Assembly: GCF_902713615.1 (NCBI RefSeq)
Contig: NC_052171.1
Location: 8,583,209 to 8,647,208 of the forward strand
DNA: 64,000 bases
From: Scyliorhinus canicula
Taxonomy: Eukaryota
Reading direction: 5' to 3'
Shown here: piece after piece, positions 12,401 through 25,332 of the stretch
How positions within the stretch are numbered: the stretch's first letter is position 1
Layout: every line of letters begins with the position of its first letter
Made by a program: the position numbers and the translations under genes
Notes under the pieces: generated by a model
What the model saw: only the letters and a program-made list of their open reading frames with translations
The model's database searches: none
What the model was told of the DNA's origin: nothing

Positions 12401-15400
12401 CACATTGACCCTGTAGCTTCCCTTCACTCTGACCCTCTAGCTTCCCTTCACATTGACCCTGTAGCTTCCCCTCACATTGACCCTCTAGCTTCCCTTCACA
12501 TTCACCCTGTAGCTTCCCTTCACATTGACCCTCTAGCTTCCCTTCACATTGACCCTGTAGCTTCCCTTCACATTGACCCTGTAGCTTCCCTTCACATTGA
12601 CCCTGTAGCTTCCCTTCACATTGACCCTGTAGCTTCCCTTCACATTGACCCTCTAGCTTCCCTTCACATTGACCCTGTAGCTTCCCTTCACATTGACCCT
12701 GTAGCTTTGCTTCACACTGACCCTGTAGCTTCCCTTCACATTGACCCTCTAGCTTCCCTTCACACTGACCCTGTAGCTTCCCTTCACATTGAACCTGTAG
12801 CTTCCCTTCACACTGACCCTCTAGCTTCCCTTCACATTGACCCTCTAGCTTCCCTTCACATTGACCCTGTAGCTTCCCTTCACATTGACCCTGTAGCTTC
12901 CCTTCACTCTGACCCTCTAGCTTCCCTTCACATTGACCCTGTAGCTTCCCTTCACATTGACCCTGTAGCTTCCCTTCACATTGACCCTGTAGCTTCCCTT
13001 CACATTGACCCTGTAGCTTCCCTTCACATTGACCCTGTAGCTTCCCTTCACATTGACCCTCTAGCTTCCCTTCGCACTGACCCTCTAGCTTCCCTTCACA
13101 TTGACTCTGTAGCTTCCCTTCACATTGACCCTGTAGCTTCCCTTCACATTGACCCTGTAGCTTCCCTTCACATTGACCCTGTAGCTTTCCTTCACATTGT
13201 CCCTCTAGCTTCCCTTCACATTGACCCTGTAGCTTCCCTTTACATTCACCCTGTAGCTTCCCTTCACATTGACCCTGTAGCTTCCCTTCACACTGACCCT
13301 CTAGCTTCCCTTCACATTGACCCTGTAGCTTCCCTTCACATTGACCCTCTAGCTTCCCTTCACATTGACCCTGTAGCGTCCCTTCACATTGACCCTCTAG
13401 CTTCCCTTCACATTGACCCTGTAGCTTCCCTTCACATTGACCCTGTAGCTTCCCTTCACATTGACCCTCTAGCTTCCCTTCACACTGACCCTCTAGCTTA
13501 CCTTCACACTGACCCTCTAGCTTCCCTTCACATTGGCCCTGTAGCTTCCCTTCACATTGACCCTGTAGCTTCCCTTCACATTGACCCTGTAGCTTCCCTT
13601 CACACTGACCCTGTAGCTTCCCTTCACATTGACCCTGTAGCTTCCCTTCACATTGACCCTCTAGCTTCCCTTCACATTGACCCTCTAGCTTCCCTTCACA
13701 TTGACCCTCTAGCTTCCCTTCACATTGACCCTGTAGCTTCCCCTCACATTGACCCTCTAGCTTCCCTTCACATTCACCCTGTAGCTTCCCTTCACATTGA
13801 CCCTCTAGCTTCCCTTCACATTGACCCTCTAGCTTCCCTTCACATTGACCCTGTAGCTTCCCTTCACACTGACCCTGTAGCTTCCCTTCACATTGACCCT
13901 GTAGCTTCCCTTCACATTGACCCTGTAGCTTCCCTTCACATTGACCCTGTAGCTTCCCTTCACACTGACCCTGTAGCTTCCCTTCACATTGACCCTGTAG
14001 CTTCCCTTCACATTGACCCTGTAGCTTCCCTTCATATTGACCCTGTAGCTTCCCTTCACATTGAACCTGTAGCTCCCCTTCACATTGACCCTGTAGCTTC
14101 CCTTCACATTGACCCTCTAGCTTCCCTTCACACTGACCCTCTAGCTTCCCTTCACATTGACCCTGTAGCTTCCCTTCACATTCACCCTGTAGCTTCCCTT
14201 CACATTGACCCTGTAGCTTCCCTTCACATTGACCCTGTAGCTTCCCTTCACATTGACCCTGTAGCTTCCCTTCACATTGTCCCTCTAGCTTCCCTTCACA
14301 TTGACCCTGTAGCTTCCCTTCACATTGACCCTGTAGCTTCCCTTCACATTGACCCTGTAGCTTCCCTTCACACTGACCCTCTAGCTTCCCTTCACATTGA
14401 CCCCCTAGCTTCCCTTCACATTGACCCTCTAGCTTCCCTTCACATTGACCCTGTAGCTTCCCTTCACATTGACCCTCTAGCTTCCCTTCACATTGACCCT
14501 GTAGCTTCCCTTCACATTGACCCTGTAGCTTCCCTTCACATTGACCCTGTAGCTTCCCTTCACATTGACCCTGTAGCTTCCCTTCACACTGACCCTGTAG
14601 CTTCCCTTCACATTGACCCTGTAGCTTCCCTTCACATTGACCCTGTAGCTTCCCTTCACATTGACCCTGTAGCTTCCCTTCACATTGACCCTGTAGCTTC
14701 CCCTCACATTGACCCTCTAGCTTCCCTTCACATTGACCCTCTAGCTTCCCTTCACATTGACCCTGTAGCTTCCCTTCACATTGACCCTGTAGCTTCCCTT
14801 CACATTGACCCTGTAGCTTCCCTTCACATTGACCCTCTAGCTTCCCTTCACATTGACCCTGTAGCTTCCCTTCACATTGACCCTGTAGCTTTGCTTCACA
14901 CTGACCCTGTAGCTTCCCTTCACATTGACCCTCTAGCTTCCCTTCACACTGACCCTGTAGCTTCCCTTCACATTGAATCTGTAGCTTCCCTTCACACTGA
15001 CCCTCTAGCTTCCCTTCACATTGACCCTCTAGCTTCCCTTCACATTGACCCTGTAGCTTCCCTTCACATTGACCCTGTAGCTTCCCTTCACTCTGACCCT
15101 CTAGCTTCCCTTCACATTGACCCTGTAGCTTCCCTTCACATTGACCCTGTAGCTTCCCTTCACATTGACCCTGTAGCTTCCCTTCATATTGACCCTGTAG
15201 CTTCCCTTCACATTGACCCTGTAGCTTCCCTTCACATTGACCCTCTAGCTTCCCTTCACACTGACCCTCTAGCTTCCCTTCACATTGACTCTGTAGCTTC
15301 CCTTCACATTGACCCTGTAGCTTCCCTTCACATTGACCCTGTAGCTTCCCTTCACATTGACCCTGTAGCTTTCCTTCACATTGTCCCTCTAGCTTCCCTT

Positions 15401-18400
15401 CACATTGACCCTGTAGCTTCCCTTTACATTCACCCTGTAGCTTCCCTTCACATTGACCCTGTAGCTTCCCTTCACACTGACCCTCTAGCTTCCCTTCACA
15501 TTGACCCTCTAGCTTCCCTTCACATTGACCCTCTAGCTTCCCTTCACATTGACCCTGTAGCGTCCCTTCACATTGACCCTCTAGCTTCCCTTCACATTGA
15601 CCCTGTAGCTTCCCTTCACATTGACCCTGTAGCTTCCCTTCACATTGACCCTCTAGCTTCCCTTCACACTGACCCTCTAGCTTCCCTTCACACTGACCCT
15701 CTAGCTTCCCTTCACATTGGCCCTGTAGCTTCCCTTCACATTGGCCCTGTAGCTTCCCTTCACATTGACCCTGTAGCTTCCCTTCACACTGACCCTGTAG
15801 CTTCCCTTCACATTGACCCTGTAGCTTCCCTTCACATTGACCCTCTAGCTTCCCTTCACATTGACCCTCTAGCTTCTCTTCACATTGACCCTGTAGCTTC
15901 CCCTCACATTGACTCTCTAGCTTCCCTTCACATTCACCCTGTAGCTTCCCTTCACATTGACCCTCTAGCTTCCCTTCACATTGACCCTCTAGCTTCCCTT
16001 CACATTGACCCTGTAGCTTCCCTTCACACTGACCCTGTAGCTTCCCTTCACAGTGACCCTGTAGCTTCCCTTCACATTGACCCTGTAGCTTCCCTTCACA
16101 TTGACCCTGTAGCTTCCCTTCACACTGACCCTGTAGCTTCCCTTCACATTGACCCTGTAGCTTCCCTTCACATTGACCCTCTAGCTTCCCTTCACACTGA
16201 CCCTCTAGCTTCCCTTCACATTGGCCCTGTAGCTTCCCTTCACATTGACCCTGTAGCTTCCCTTCACATTGACCCTGTAGCTTCCCTTCACACTGACCCT
16301 GTAGCTTCCCTTCACATTGACCCTCTAGCTTCCCTTCACATTGACCCTCTAGCTTCCCTTCACATTGACCCTCTAGCTTCCCTTCACATTGACCCTGTAG
16401 CTTCCCGTCACATTGACCCTCTAGCTTCCCTTCACATTCACCCTGTAGCTTCCCTTCACATTGACCCTCTAGCTTCCCTTCACATTGACCCTCTAGCTTC
16501 CCTTCACATTGACCCTGTAGCTTCCCTTCACACTGACCCTGTAGCTTCCCTTCACATTGACCCTGTAGCTTCCCTTCACATTGACCCTGTAGCTTCCCTT
16601 CACATTGACCCTGTAGCTTCCCTTCACACTGACCCTGTAGCTTCCCTTCACATTGACCCTGTAGCTTCCCTTCACACTGACCCTGTAGCTTCCCTTCACA
16701 TTGACCCTGTAGCTTCCCTTCACATTGACCCTCTAGCTTCCCTTCACACTGACCCTCTAGCTTCCCTTCACATTGACCCTGTAGCTTCCCTTCACATTCA
16801 CCCTGTAGCTTCCCTTCACATTGACCCTGTAGCTTCCCTTCACATTGACCCTGTAGCTTCCCTTCACATTGTCCCTCTAGCTTCCCTTCACATTGACCCT
16901 GTAGCTTCCCTTCACATTGACCCTGTAGCTTCCCTTCACATTGACCCTGTAGCTTCCCTTCACACTGACCCTCTAGCTTCCCTTCACATTGACCCCCTAG
17001 CTTCCCTTCACATTGACCCTCTAGCTTCCCTTCACATTGACCCTGTAGCTTCCCTTCACATTGACCCTCTAGCTTCCCTTCACATTGACCCTGTAGCTTC
17101 CCTTCACATTGACCCTGTAGCTTCCCTTCACATTGACCCTGTAGCTTCCCTTCACACTGACCCTCTAGCTTCCCTTCACACTGACCCTCTAGCTTCCCTT
17201 CACATTGGCCCTGTAGCTTCCCTTCACATTGACCCTGTAGCTTCCCTTCACATTGACCCTGTAGCTTCCCTTCACACTGACCCTGTAGCTTCCCTTCACA
17301 TTGACCCTGTAGCTTCCCTTCACATTGACCCTCTAGCTTCCCTTCACATTGACCCTCTAGCTTCCCTTCACATTGACCCTGTAGCTTCCCCTCACATTGA
17401 CCCTCTAGCTTCCCTTCACATTCACCCTGTAGCTTCCCTTCACATTGACCCTGTAGCTTCCCTTCACATTGACCCTGTAGCTTCCCTTCACATTGACCCT
17501 GTAGCTTCCCTTCACATTGACCCTCTAGCTTCCCTTCACATTGACCCTGTAGCTTCCCTTCACATTGACCCTCTAGCTTCCCTTCACATTGACCCTGTAG
17601 CTTCTCTTCACATTGACCCTGTAGCTTCCCTTCACATTGACCCTGTAGCTTCCCTTCACATTGACCCTGTAGCTTCCCTTCACATTGACCCTGTAGCTTC
17701 CCTTCACATTGACCCTCTAGCTTCCCTTCACATTGACCCTCTAGCTTCCCTTCACATTGACCCTCTAGCTTCCCTTCACATTGACCCTCTAGCTTCCCTT
17801 CACATTGACCCTCTAGCTTCCCTTCACATTGACCCTGTAGCTTCCCTTCACATTGACCCTGTAGCTTCCCTTCACACTGACCCTCTAGCTTCCCTTCACA
17901 TTGACCCTGTAGCTTCCCTTCACACTGACCCTCTAGCTTCCCTTCACATTGACCCTGTAGCTTCCCTTCACATTGACCCTGTAGCTTCCCTTCACACTGA
18001 CCCTCTAGCTTCCCTTCACATTGACCCTGTAGCTTCCCTTCACACTGACCCTCTAGCTTCCCTTCACATTGACCCTGTAGCTTCACTTCACATTGACCCT
18101 CTAGCTTCCCTTCACACTGACCCTCTAGCTTCCCTTCACATTGACCCTGTAGCTTCCCTTCACATTGACCCTCTAGCTTCCCTTCACATTGACCCTGTAG
18201 CTTCCCTTCACACTGACCCTCTAGCTTCCCTTCACATTGACCCTCTAGCTTCCCTTCACTTTGACCCTGTAGCTTCCCTTCACATTGACCCTGTAGCTTC
18301 CCTTCGCATTGACCCTGTAGCTTCCCTTCACATTGACCCTCTAGCTTCCCTTCACATTGACCCTCTAGCTTCCCTTCACACTGACCCTCTAGCTTCCCTT

Positions 18401-18549
18401 CACATTGACCCTCTAGCTTCCCTTCACATTGACCCTGTAGCTTCCCTTCACATTGACCCTGTAGCTTCCCTTCACATTGACCCTGTAGCTTCCCTTCACA
18501 TTGACCCTCTAGCTTCCCTTCACATTGACCCTCTAGCTCCCCTTCACAT
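6465..18549. repeat. 24-bp satellite/minisatellite array, ~500 copies, unit TAGCTTCCCTTCACAYTGACCCTS
   Basis: Directly visible; one 1-bp deletion near 7790; higher-order blocks. Confidence 0.99.
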
Positions 18550-19169
18550 CATTTTGAAAGGCAGAAATAGTCGAGTCAAAACAGGGAAATAGTACACACT
18601 GCTTCAACTAGTAGAGTGACAGCTCAGAGAGCAAGACTAAGTGCAAGCATTGGTGTGCAAAGCCTTCAAGTGAAGACCTTTTGGAAACAAAAAGCGAAAA
18701 CCCCAAAACACAGAACTTTGAATAAATTTTAGATGTTTTAAGTTTAAACAAGCCTTGCATTTCTATAGCACCTTTCATGACCCCAGGATGTCCCAAAGCA
18801 GCAGGTGAGCTAAACCGGCAACTTTGGTGCACAAATTTTAACTCGCTCTTTCACCCAGCACCTGTGCTCTATGACTTTCCCCGGCTCCCTGTCGAGGGAA
18901 TCTGCTTCCTTCCCTCTGAGTGAGGTGATGTCATGTAAATTGGGGGAGCACCAGATGCTCCATTTTTGCTGATGGCTTAAGAGACCAAACGTGAGAAGCC
19001 GCTTCTATCACAAGTGCCGCAACCGAAGTGATTAGGTGCCGCCGTTGTGGGTTGTTGTTTTCAGTGTTGCCGCCTGTTCCCAAATCACTGCAGCCACCGA
19101 TTGCCATACTGCAGTGGCACATGCCGGCCCAAGGGTGATGTTGCCATTTCCCTCTGCTGTCGTCTAGTA

Positions 19170-19800
19170 CAGTATTTATCAAACTAATTTTTTTCCCTGG
19201 ACCCACTTCAACCAACCTTCTCGGCCCACGCCCATCGACCTTCGCAACCCACCTTTTTCGCTTACCTTTATTGTGACAGCTGTGCCTGCTTGGTCCTCAC
19301 AATCTCATTTGCTTTGTCAGTCAATGTTACATTTTTGCTAAGAACGTCAGCTGATGATTTAAGTTTGTGCTACATCCTCTGAATAAAATCAAGAGGTTTG
19401 TCCTTGAACTTGCCATTGCTTAGTCTTCAAATGCCTTTGAAGTTTTGAGGATTTTAAACTTTCACTTGCCAGTACTTCCCTGCTTTTGGGCGTTGCATCT
19501 TAATTTGCCTTGGCACAATTAACAAAGCCATACCTCAAGAAATCATCTTTATACTGCTTTGTTCCCGATTTCAGTTTACTCTCTTGTGGCCCTGGAGCTT
19601 TGGATACAGCTCACACCAGCACTGCTTTGTCCTGCTGTGGTCTCTCCGGGGAAGCTCTCTCCAGCAGATTCAGTTGTGAGATTCTGGCCTGTTTGGATCT
19701 CTGGCTCTCTCTTCCTTATTAAAAATGACCCACCTTCAGTTCTTCACACCGTCCTGTTGCTTTCTTGTTGGCAGCTACAAAATGGAGGAATCTTTCCTCT
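19170..19800 (-). mobile_element. Internally deleted hAT (Buster/Charlie-type) DNA transposon
   Basis: TIR CAGTATTTATCAAACT preceded by GTCTAGTA; minus-strand remnant KQYKDDFLRYGF...LASESLKSSKLQRHLKTK...KDKPLDF, with stops and a frameshift. Confidence 0.75.
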
Positions 19801-20049
19801 GTGATTTCAATGCCAAAGCCTTTCGGGACTTGTGGGAGAAAACCGGAGCACCCGGAGGAAACCCACGCAGACACGGGGAGAAGGTGCAGACTCCACACAG
19901 ACAGTAACCCAAGCCTGGGTCCCTGGCGCTGTGAAGCAACAGTGCTAACCACTGTGCTACTAAAAGGTGCGGAGAACAGGAGCCTCATAAACTAGCGGCT
20001 TAATTCGTAGTGAGTTTGATACCATCCTAATGCTCATCTCAAGATTGGC

Positions 20050-20625
20050 ATCTAGCCACAAGAATGACTGTTGCCTTGAGACCAAGTTAACAAAATGCGG
20101 AGGGTGTTATTCAATGTGATCAGGGCCGGAGATGGGACGCCCTGTTTTATAACCACGGTGTCCTTGACATTTATAGCAAAGGAGAACAAGTCGCAGGGTG
20201 TGGTGCCTTCCCTTTCAGTCTGGATTGTAGAGTTAGCCCAGTGTGCAGGTAAGCTCCATGTGCTTCTACAGGGAAGGCCAAGAATAGAGGAGAAAATATC
20301 AGGCAAAGTGGGAACTAGGATAGGGTCCTGTCTCGCTCTATTCTTCACCCTCAAAGGTGAAACCTTTGGAGGTCAAACTCTACAGTAAAGTGCATGTTTC
20401 ATGAAAGGAGCAGTGCCCTGTTGACTGTCAAACGCTTTAGTAAGATCTACAAAAGGAAGGTCAAGGGATATCTCCTGTTCCCTACTCTTGTTTCGTAGCT
20501 GCTGTCAATCTGCCAGCACGGATTTTCAAGCATGACGCTAATGAAGACCTTCCCAGTGATGCTCAGAAGCAAGATGCCCACTGCAATTGTTGCAGTCCCC
20601 TCCTTTGCCTTTGGAAAATGTGTGA
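20050..20625 (-). mobile_element. Decayed RTE-type LINE RT fragment
   Basis: Translates KSREQ...FVDLTKAFDS and a degenerate ...PTLPDIFSS motif. Confidence 0.65.
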
Positions 20626-20629
20626 GTCA

Positions 20630-22075
20630 TAAAGGTCTACAGCAAAGAAAAGGCCCTTCAGCCCATCGTGTCTGCATCGGTCAAAAACAACCACCTCACT
20701 ATTCTAATCCCATTTCCCTGCACTTCGCCCATAGCCTTGTCTTCTCGGCATCTGTATTCATAGCTAAAACTCTCCAGCCCAGGCAACATCCTGGTAAATC
20801 TCCTCTGCACCCTTTCCAGTGCTACTACATCCCTCCTATTATGTGGATTCCAGAATTTGCACACTATACTCTAGCTGTGGCTTAACCAACATTTTATACA
20901 GTTCCAGCATAACATCCCTGCTCTTAAACTCTATGCTTCGGCTAATAAAGGCAAGTATACCATATGCCTTCTTAATCACTTTAGCCACCTGCTCTGCTAC
21001 CTTAAGGTCCCTCTGATCCTTGGTGCTTCCACGGTCCTGTTATCATGTATTCCCTTGCTTTGCTTGTCACAGAATCACAGAATTTACAGTGAAGAAAGAG
21101 GCCATTCGGCCCATCGAGTCTGCACCGGACCTTGGAAAGAGCACCCTATGCAAGCCCACACCTCCACCCTATCCCCACACTCCCACCTTACCGTACCTTT
21201 TTTGGACACTAAGGGGCAATTTAGCATAACCAATACACCTAACCTGCACATCTTTAGACGGTGGGAGGAAACCGGAGCACCCAGAGGAAACCCACAGACA
21301 CGGGGAGAACGTGCAGACTCCGCACAGACAGTGACCCAGCGGGGAATCGAACCTGTGACCCTGGCTCACACTTATCCGGATTGAATTCCATTTGCCACTG
21401 ATCTGCCCATCTGACCAGCCCATCTACATCCTCCTGTAATCGAAAGCTATCTCCTCAGTATTTACCACCCCACCAATTTTCGTATCGTCCGCGAACTTAC
21501 TGACCAACCTTCCTACATTCAAGTCGAAATCGTGTATATAAACCACAAACAGCAAAGGCCCCAACACTGATCCCTGCGTCCCGCTGGACACAGGCTTCCA
21601 GTCAGAAAAACACCCCTCGACCATCACACTCTGCTTCCTCGGCTAATTCCGGATCCAATTTGCCAAATTACCTTAGATCTCATGGGCTCTTACCTTTGCT
21701 ATCAGCCTCCCATGTGGAACCTTATCAAAAGCCTTGCTGAAGTCCAAGTAGACTACATCAAATGCATTTCCCTCATCTACCTTATCATCTCTTCAAAAAT
21801 CTCGATCAAGTTGTTCAGACATTACCTCCCCTTAACATGCTGACTGTTCTTGATTAATCCCGGCCTCTCCAAATGCAGATTAATTCTCTCTCTCAGAATT
21901 GCTTCCAATAGTTTCCCCACCGCTCAGGTTAGACTGGCTGGCCTGTAGTTTCCTGGTTTACCCCTTCCTTCCTTCCTGAATAATTGGCTCTCCTCCAGGG
22001 CCTCTCCTGTGGCCAGGGAGGAATTGAAAATTATTGCCCATGCTATTTCCTCCCTTGCTTCACTCAACAGTCTGG
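20630..22075 (-). mobile_element. Decayed CR1 LINE (RT region)
   Basis: PGNYRPASLT, QGSVLGPLLF, KFADDTK, LERVQRRFTRMLPGL motifs. Confidence 0.88.
21067..21365 (-). mobile_element. SINE inserted within a CR1 LINE fragment
   Basis: Interrupts CR1 sequence 20630-22075. Confidence 0.85.
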
Positions 22076-22099
22076 TGCCGTTCTTTCCACTCCCCTCTG

Positions 22100-23560
22100 G
22101 TGCTGTTGACTCCCACATGGTGCCATGAAGCTTCAGGCATGCTCTGTAGAATGGATCCCACTCGCCAGGGAGGGCCTGATTGGTGAATATATTATCACAA
22201 GAGTTATCACCGCGTTGTGCAAGATCTGGCCACTGGCGTCAACTGGACCCGACTATCACTGGAAGACGTGACCTGCCCATTCATCGTTCTCCATACCCAG
22301 CACATCGCAGCTTGGGCCACACTTTCCAGCAGGTGGATGCACAGCCCTGAAGGTCTCCCAGCTCTGGACACAAGGGGCTCATGCCATGCATCACCATCCC
22401 TGGCAGAAAGAATAGTGCTAAATACCGGCTTCATATCGGCCCCCAGCAATTGGTATCTACTGAAGGCTGACCCAGGAGATGTCAACGTGAACGAGTGAAG
22501 CTTGGAAGTTACGGATTTCAAATCATTTATGACACAGCGGCATCAGCTTTTAGTAAACACAGAACCCAAAACAAAAAGTGTGAGGCGCACTCAGCAGAGA
22601 GGACATCTGTCGTTGAAGCAAAACGCAAAGCAAACCTGATGCGCAACAGAAATAGAACAGCTAGAACACGGCATGGCTTTAAAGTAACTCAAGGCGGTCG
22701 CAGGTAGAAGGCAGAAAGAGGAAAGCGAGGGAGGACCCGGGAAGGGGGAGCAAGGTGAGGTAGTAAAACCCAGCAAGAAAGAATGGGGGGCATCAGTGAA
22801 GATGGGGGGAGGTATGGAGGGAAAGGAGAACAAATAAGGGAAGCCAGAAGGGGGGACGAGATAAGAGAACAAAAAAGGTGGGGGGAGAGGGGGGGGGGGG
22901 GGGGGGGGGGCACAGGGGGAGACAATACTGGCAGCAACCACAGCTCGGCGAGAGAACGCAAAGAAAAACGGGAAGGAGAAACGAGCAATGGCTGACGCCA
23001 AGGCAACTGCACAAGAGAATGTAAAAAGCATTAGGGGACACCCCCCCCCCTGTTGGATGATGGGTAAAAAGGAAAGAATAGAAGAGAGGAGAGGAAAGAC
23101 CCCCCCCCCCCCCCTCCGGTTATATTTCCTGGAGCCTATGTGTTTTATATATCTGTATTTATAACTTGTACAAAATCCAATAAAACACATTTTTGAAAAG
23201 GAGACAGGGAGGTCGTACGCAAATAAAGTGGATGAAACCCATGTCAAGAAAAGTCAAAACCGCCTGTGACAACTGAAATCTATGTGCCACACATGATGAG
23301 ATCAAGAGCGGACTTGGTTCAACCATCACCGAAGCTGCCCCGAAAATGGCAGACGGTGAAGTCCTCACTAACAGAAGTAAACAGCTGTCCTGCTGGGCTG
23401 AACGTGACAGCTATACTCCGGTGAGATGGACACCTCCCAGTCTGCCTCTGACCCTCTCCTGCAGTTTCCTAACACGGCTGAGCGGGTCGAGCTCAACAAG
23501 GCTCGAAAGATCGCCCGAGGGCAATGTTGGGTTCATCTAACCCGATTTCGTCCTCTCTAA
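22100..23560 (+). mobile_element. Old RTE-like LINE remnants interrupted by a G/A-rich LINE 3' end (22700-23200)
   Basis: IYDTAASAFSK..., ADGEVLTNRSKQLSCWAE; the insert ends in AATAAA plus an A-rich tail. Confidence 0.5.
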
Positions 23561-23594
23561 GTCAATGTCAAAACAACGTAAGAAAAGGTTTTTC

Positions 23595-23800
23595 GGGGTG
23601 GCACAGTGGTTAGCACTGCTGCCTCACGGCACCGAGGGCCCGCGTTCGATCCCGGCCCCGGGTCACTGTCCATGTGGAGTTTGCACATTCTCCCCGTGTC
23701 TGCATGGGTCTCACCCCCACACAACCCAAAGATGTGCAGGGTAGGTGCCCCTTGATTGGAAAAAAAAAAGAATTGGGTACTCTAAATTGATTTGAATAAA
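23595..23800 (+). mobile_element. SINE
   Basis: Family similarity. Confidence 0.85.
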
Positions 23801-24259
23801 AAAAAGGTTTTGTTCCCTATCACTCATTAAGCACTTTTGAACATTTTACTACGTTTACGCACTTTATAAATCAAAATTAAATTGCTGCTGTGTTTTGGAC
23901 TGCAGCCTGTGACGCATGTACAATTTAAACCCCTTTCATAAAACTCTTTAAAAAAAAAACAGGAAAAAGATAGTTAGACATTCCTTACTGATCACAGAAT
24001 TGTTCCGCTGTCGAAGGAGGCCATTTGGCCCATCGAGTCTTTAGACCTTGGCAAGAAGATGGAGGGTGACCAACCCCTGCACGAACAGCTAATGTTCTTT
24101 AATTTACCTCATGGTGAGAACTCTCTAAATGACGCACAGGTATACCTGTCCACAGCAATAAAACACGACGGCCTGAATTACAAAAGAATAGCAGGTTAGC
24201 AAGAGAACAGTACATTCCCTGCAACAAGGTATAACAATCTTGTCTTTTAGACGGTCTAA

Positions 24260-24392
24260 GTGCTGGAAATACTCCAGCAGGTCTAGCGACATCTGTGGAG
24301 AGAGAATAACGGAGTTAAGGTCTCAGGCTGGACAGGCTTCTTCTTTCTGTGAAGGGGGTTTCCCTCTCCACAGATGTTTCCGGGCCTGCTGC
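24260..24392. mobile_element. Decayed palindromic short element
   Basis: Arms CAGCAGGTC..ACATCTGTGGAGAGAGAA / TTCCCTCTCCACAGATGT..GGCCTGCTG. Confidence 0.6.
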
Positions 24393-25124
24393 CTCCGCCG
24401 TGTGGGGTAACAACAACAAAAATGACTTGAGCAACAATAAGACTGAGATCTGTTTATTTCATGGTGATAACTTACTAGAAATCCTTCCTGGGCTGACTGA
24501 CAACTGCAGCTAATGGACCGACTGGTAGCACACAAATTTAAACCATGCAACCTTCCCACCCACTGTACAATGGTCAAATGGTGTCAAATTTTATACATAT
24601 ATATATATACACACCAACACAGAACAATAAATTATTGAGTAACAAAAACCTTTCTACACAGGTTCGGTATATACAAAGACTCAAAGTGCGCAGATTATTG
24701 TAGATTATTTTCAGCAAGGTTTACAGTCCCTAGCAGTGCAATATTGGAGGACCATTCTCATGGCCCGAAGTACCTCTGTTATTTCCCCCCTTTCTTTCCT
24801 GAACTCAGTTGTCCCAAAGCGTCTGCAAAGCCGCATGGGCGCAAACGGCCCACAAGAGGCGGAGGAGGAAACAGAGCAAAACAGAAGCCTTCCCGTCGAC
24901 TTCAGATTTGAACACTTGTGACATCTTCCCACTTTGTTTTAATCACAATTAGCATTAAACAACAAAGGTGGTCAGTCGCAGATTGGGACGGCAAAACAGC
25001 CAAAATCCTCACGTGCGCTCAGGTTGCAGATTCAGGTCTGCCTGGAAACGTGCGCACTCGCAGAACGTTGTTCGGCTAAAGCTCAGCTCGAGATTCGGAA
25101 ATCCGACTTACAGGGCGGAATGGT

Positions 25125-25332
25125 GCTCCGGGTGCTCCGGTTTCCTCCCACAGTCCAAAGATGTGCGGGTTAGGTGGATTGGCCATGATAAATTGCCCGT
25201 AGTGTAAGGTTAATGGGGGGATTGTTGGGTTACGGGTATATGGGTTACGTGGGTTCAAGTAGGGTGATCATTGCTCGGCACAACATCGAGGGCCGAAGGG
25301 CCTGTTCTGTGCTGTACTGTTCTATGTTCTAT
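25125..25332 (+). mobile_element. 5'-truncated SINE (same subfamily)
   Basis: Shares the 3' half and the TTCTATG tail. Confidence 0.85.

Noticed and set aside
6465-18549. CRISPR-like array
   Set aside because: Contiguous tandem units with no unique spacers; eukaryotic context.
8699-18592. 3297-aa plus-strand ORF as a gene
   Set aside because: No codon in this frame is one substitution from a stop, so openness is expected; starts at TTG; no gene structure.
24700-24935. Short ORFs on both strands downstream of atad1
   Set aside because: No recognisable homology; may be UTR or intergenic sequence.
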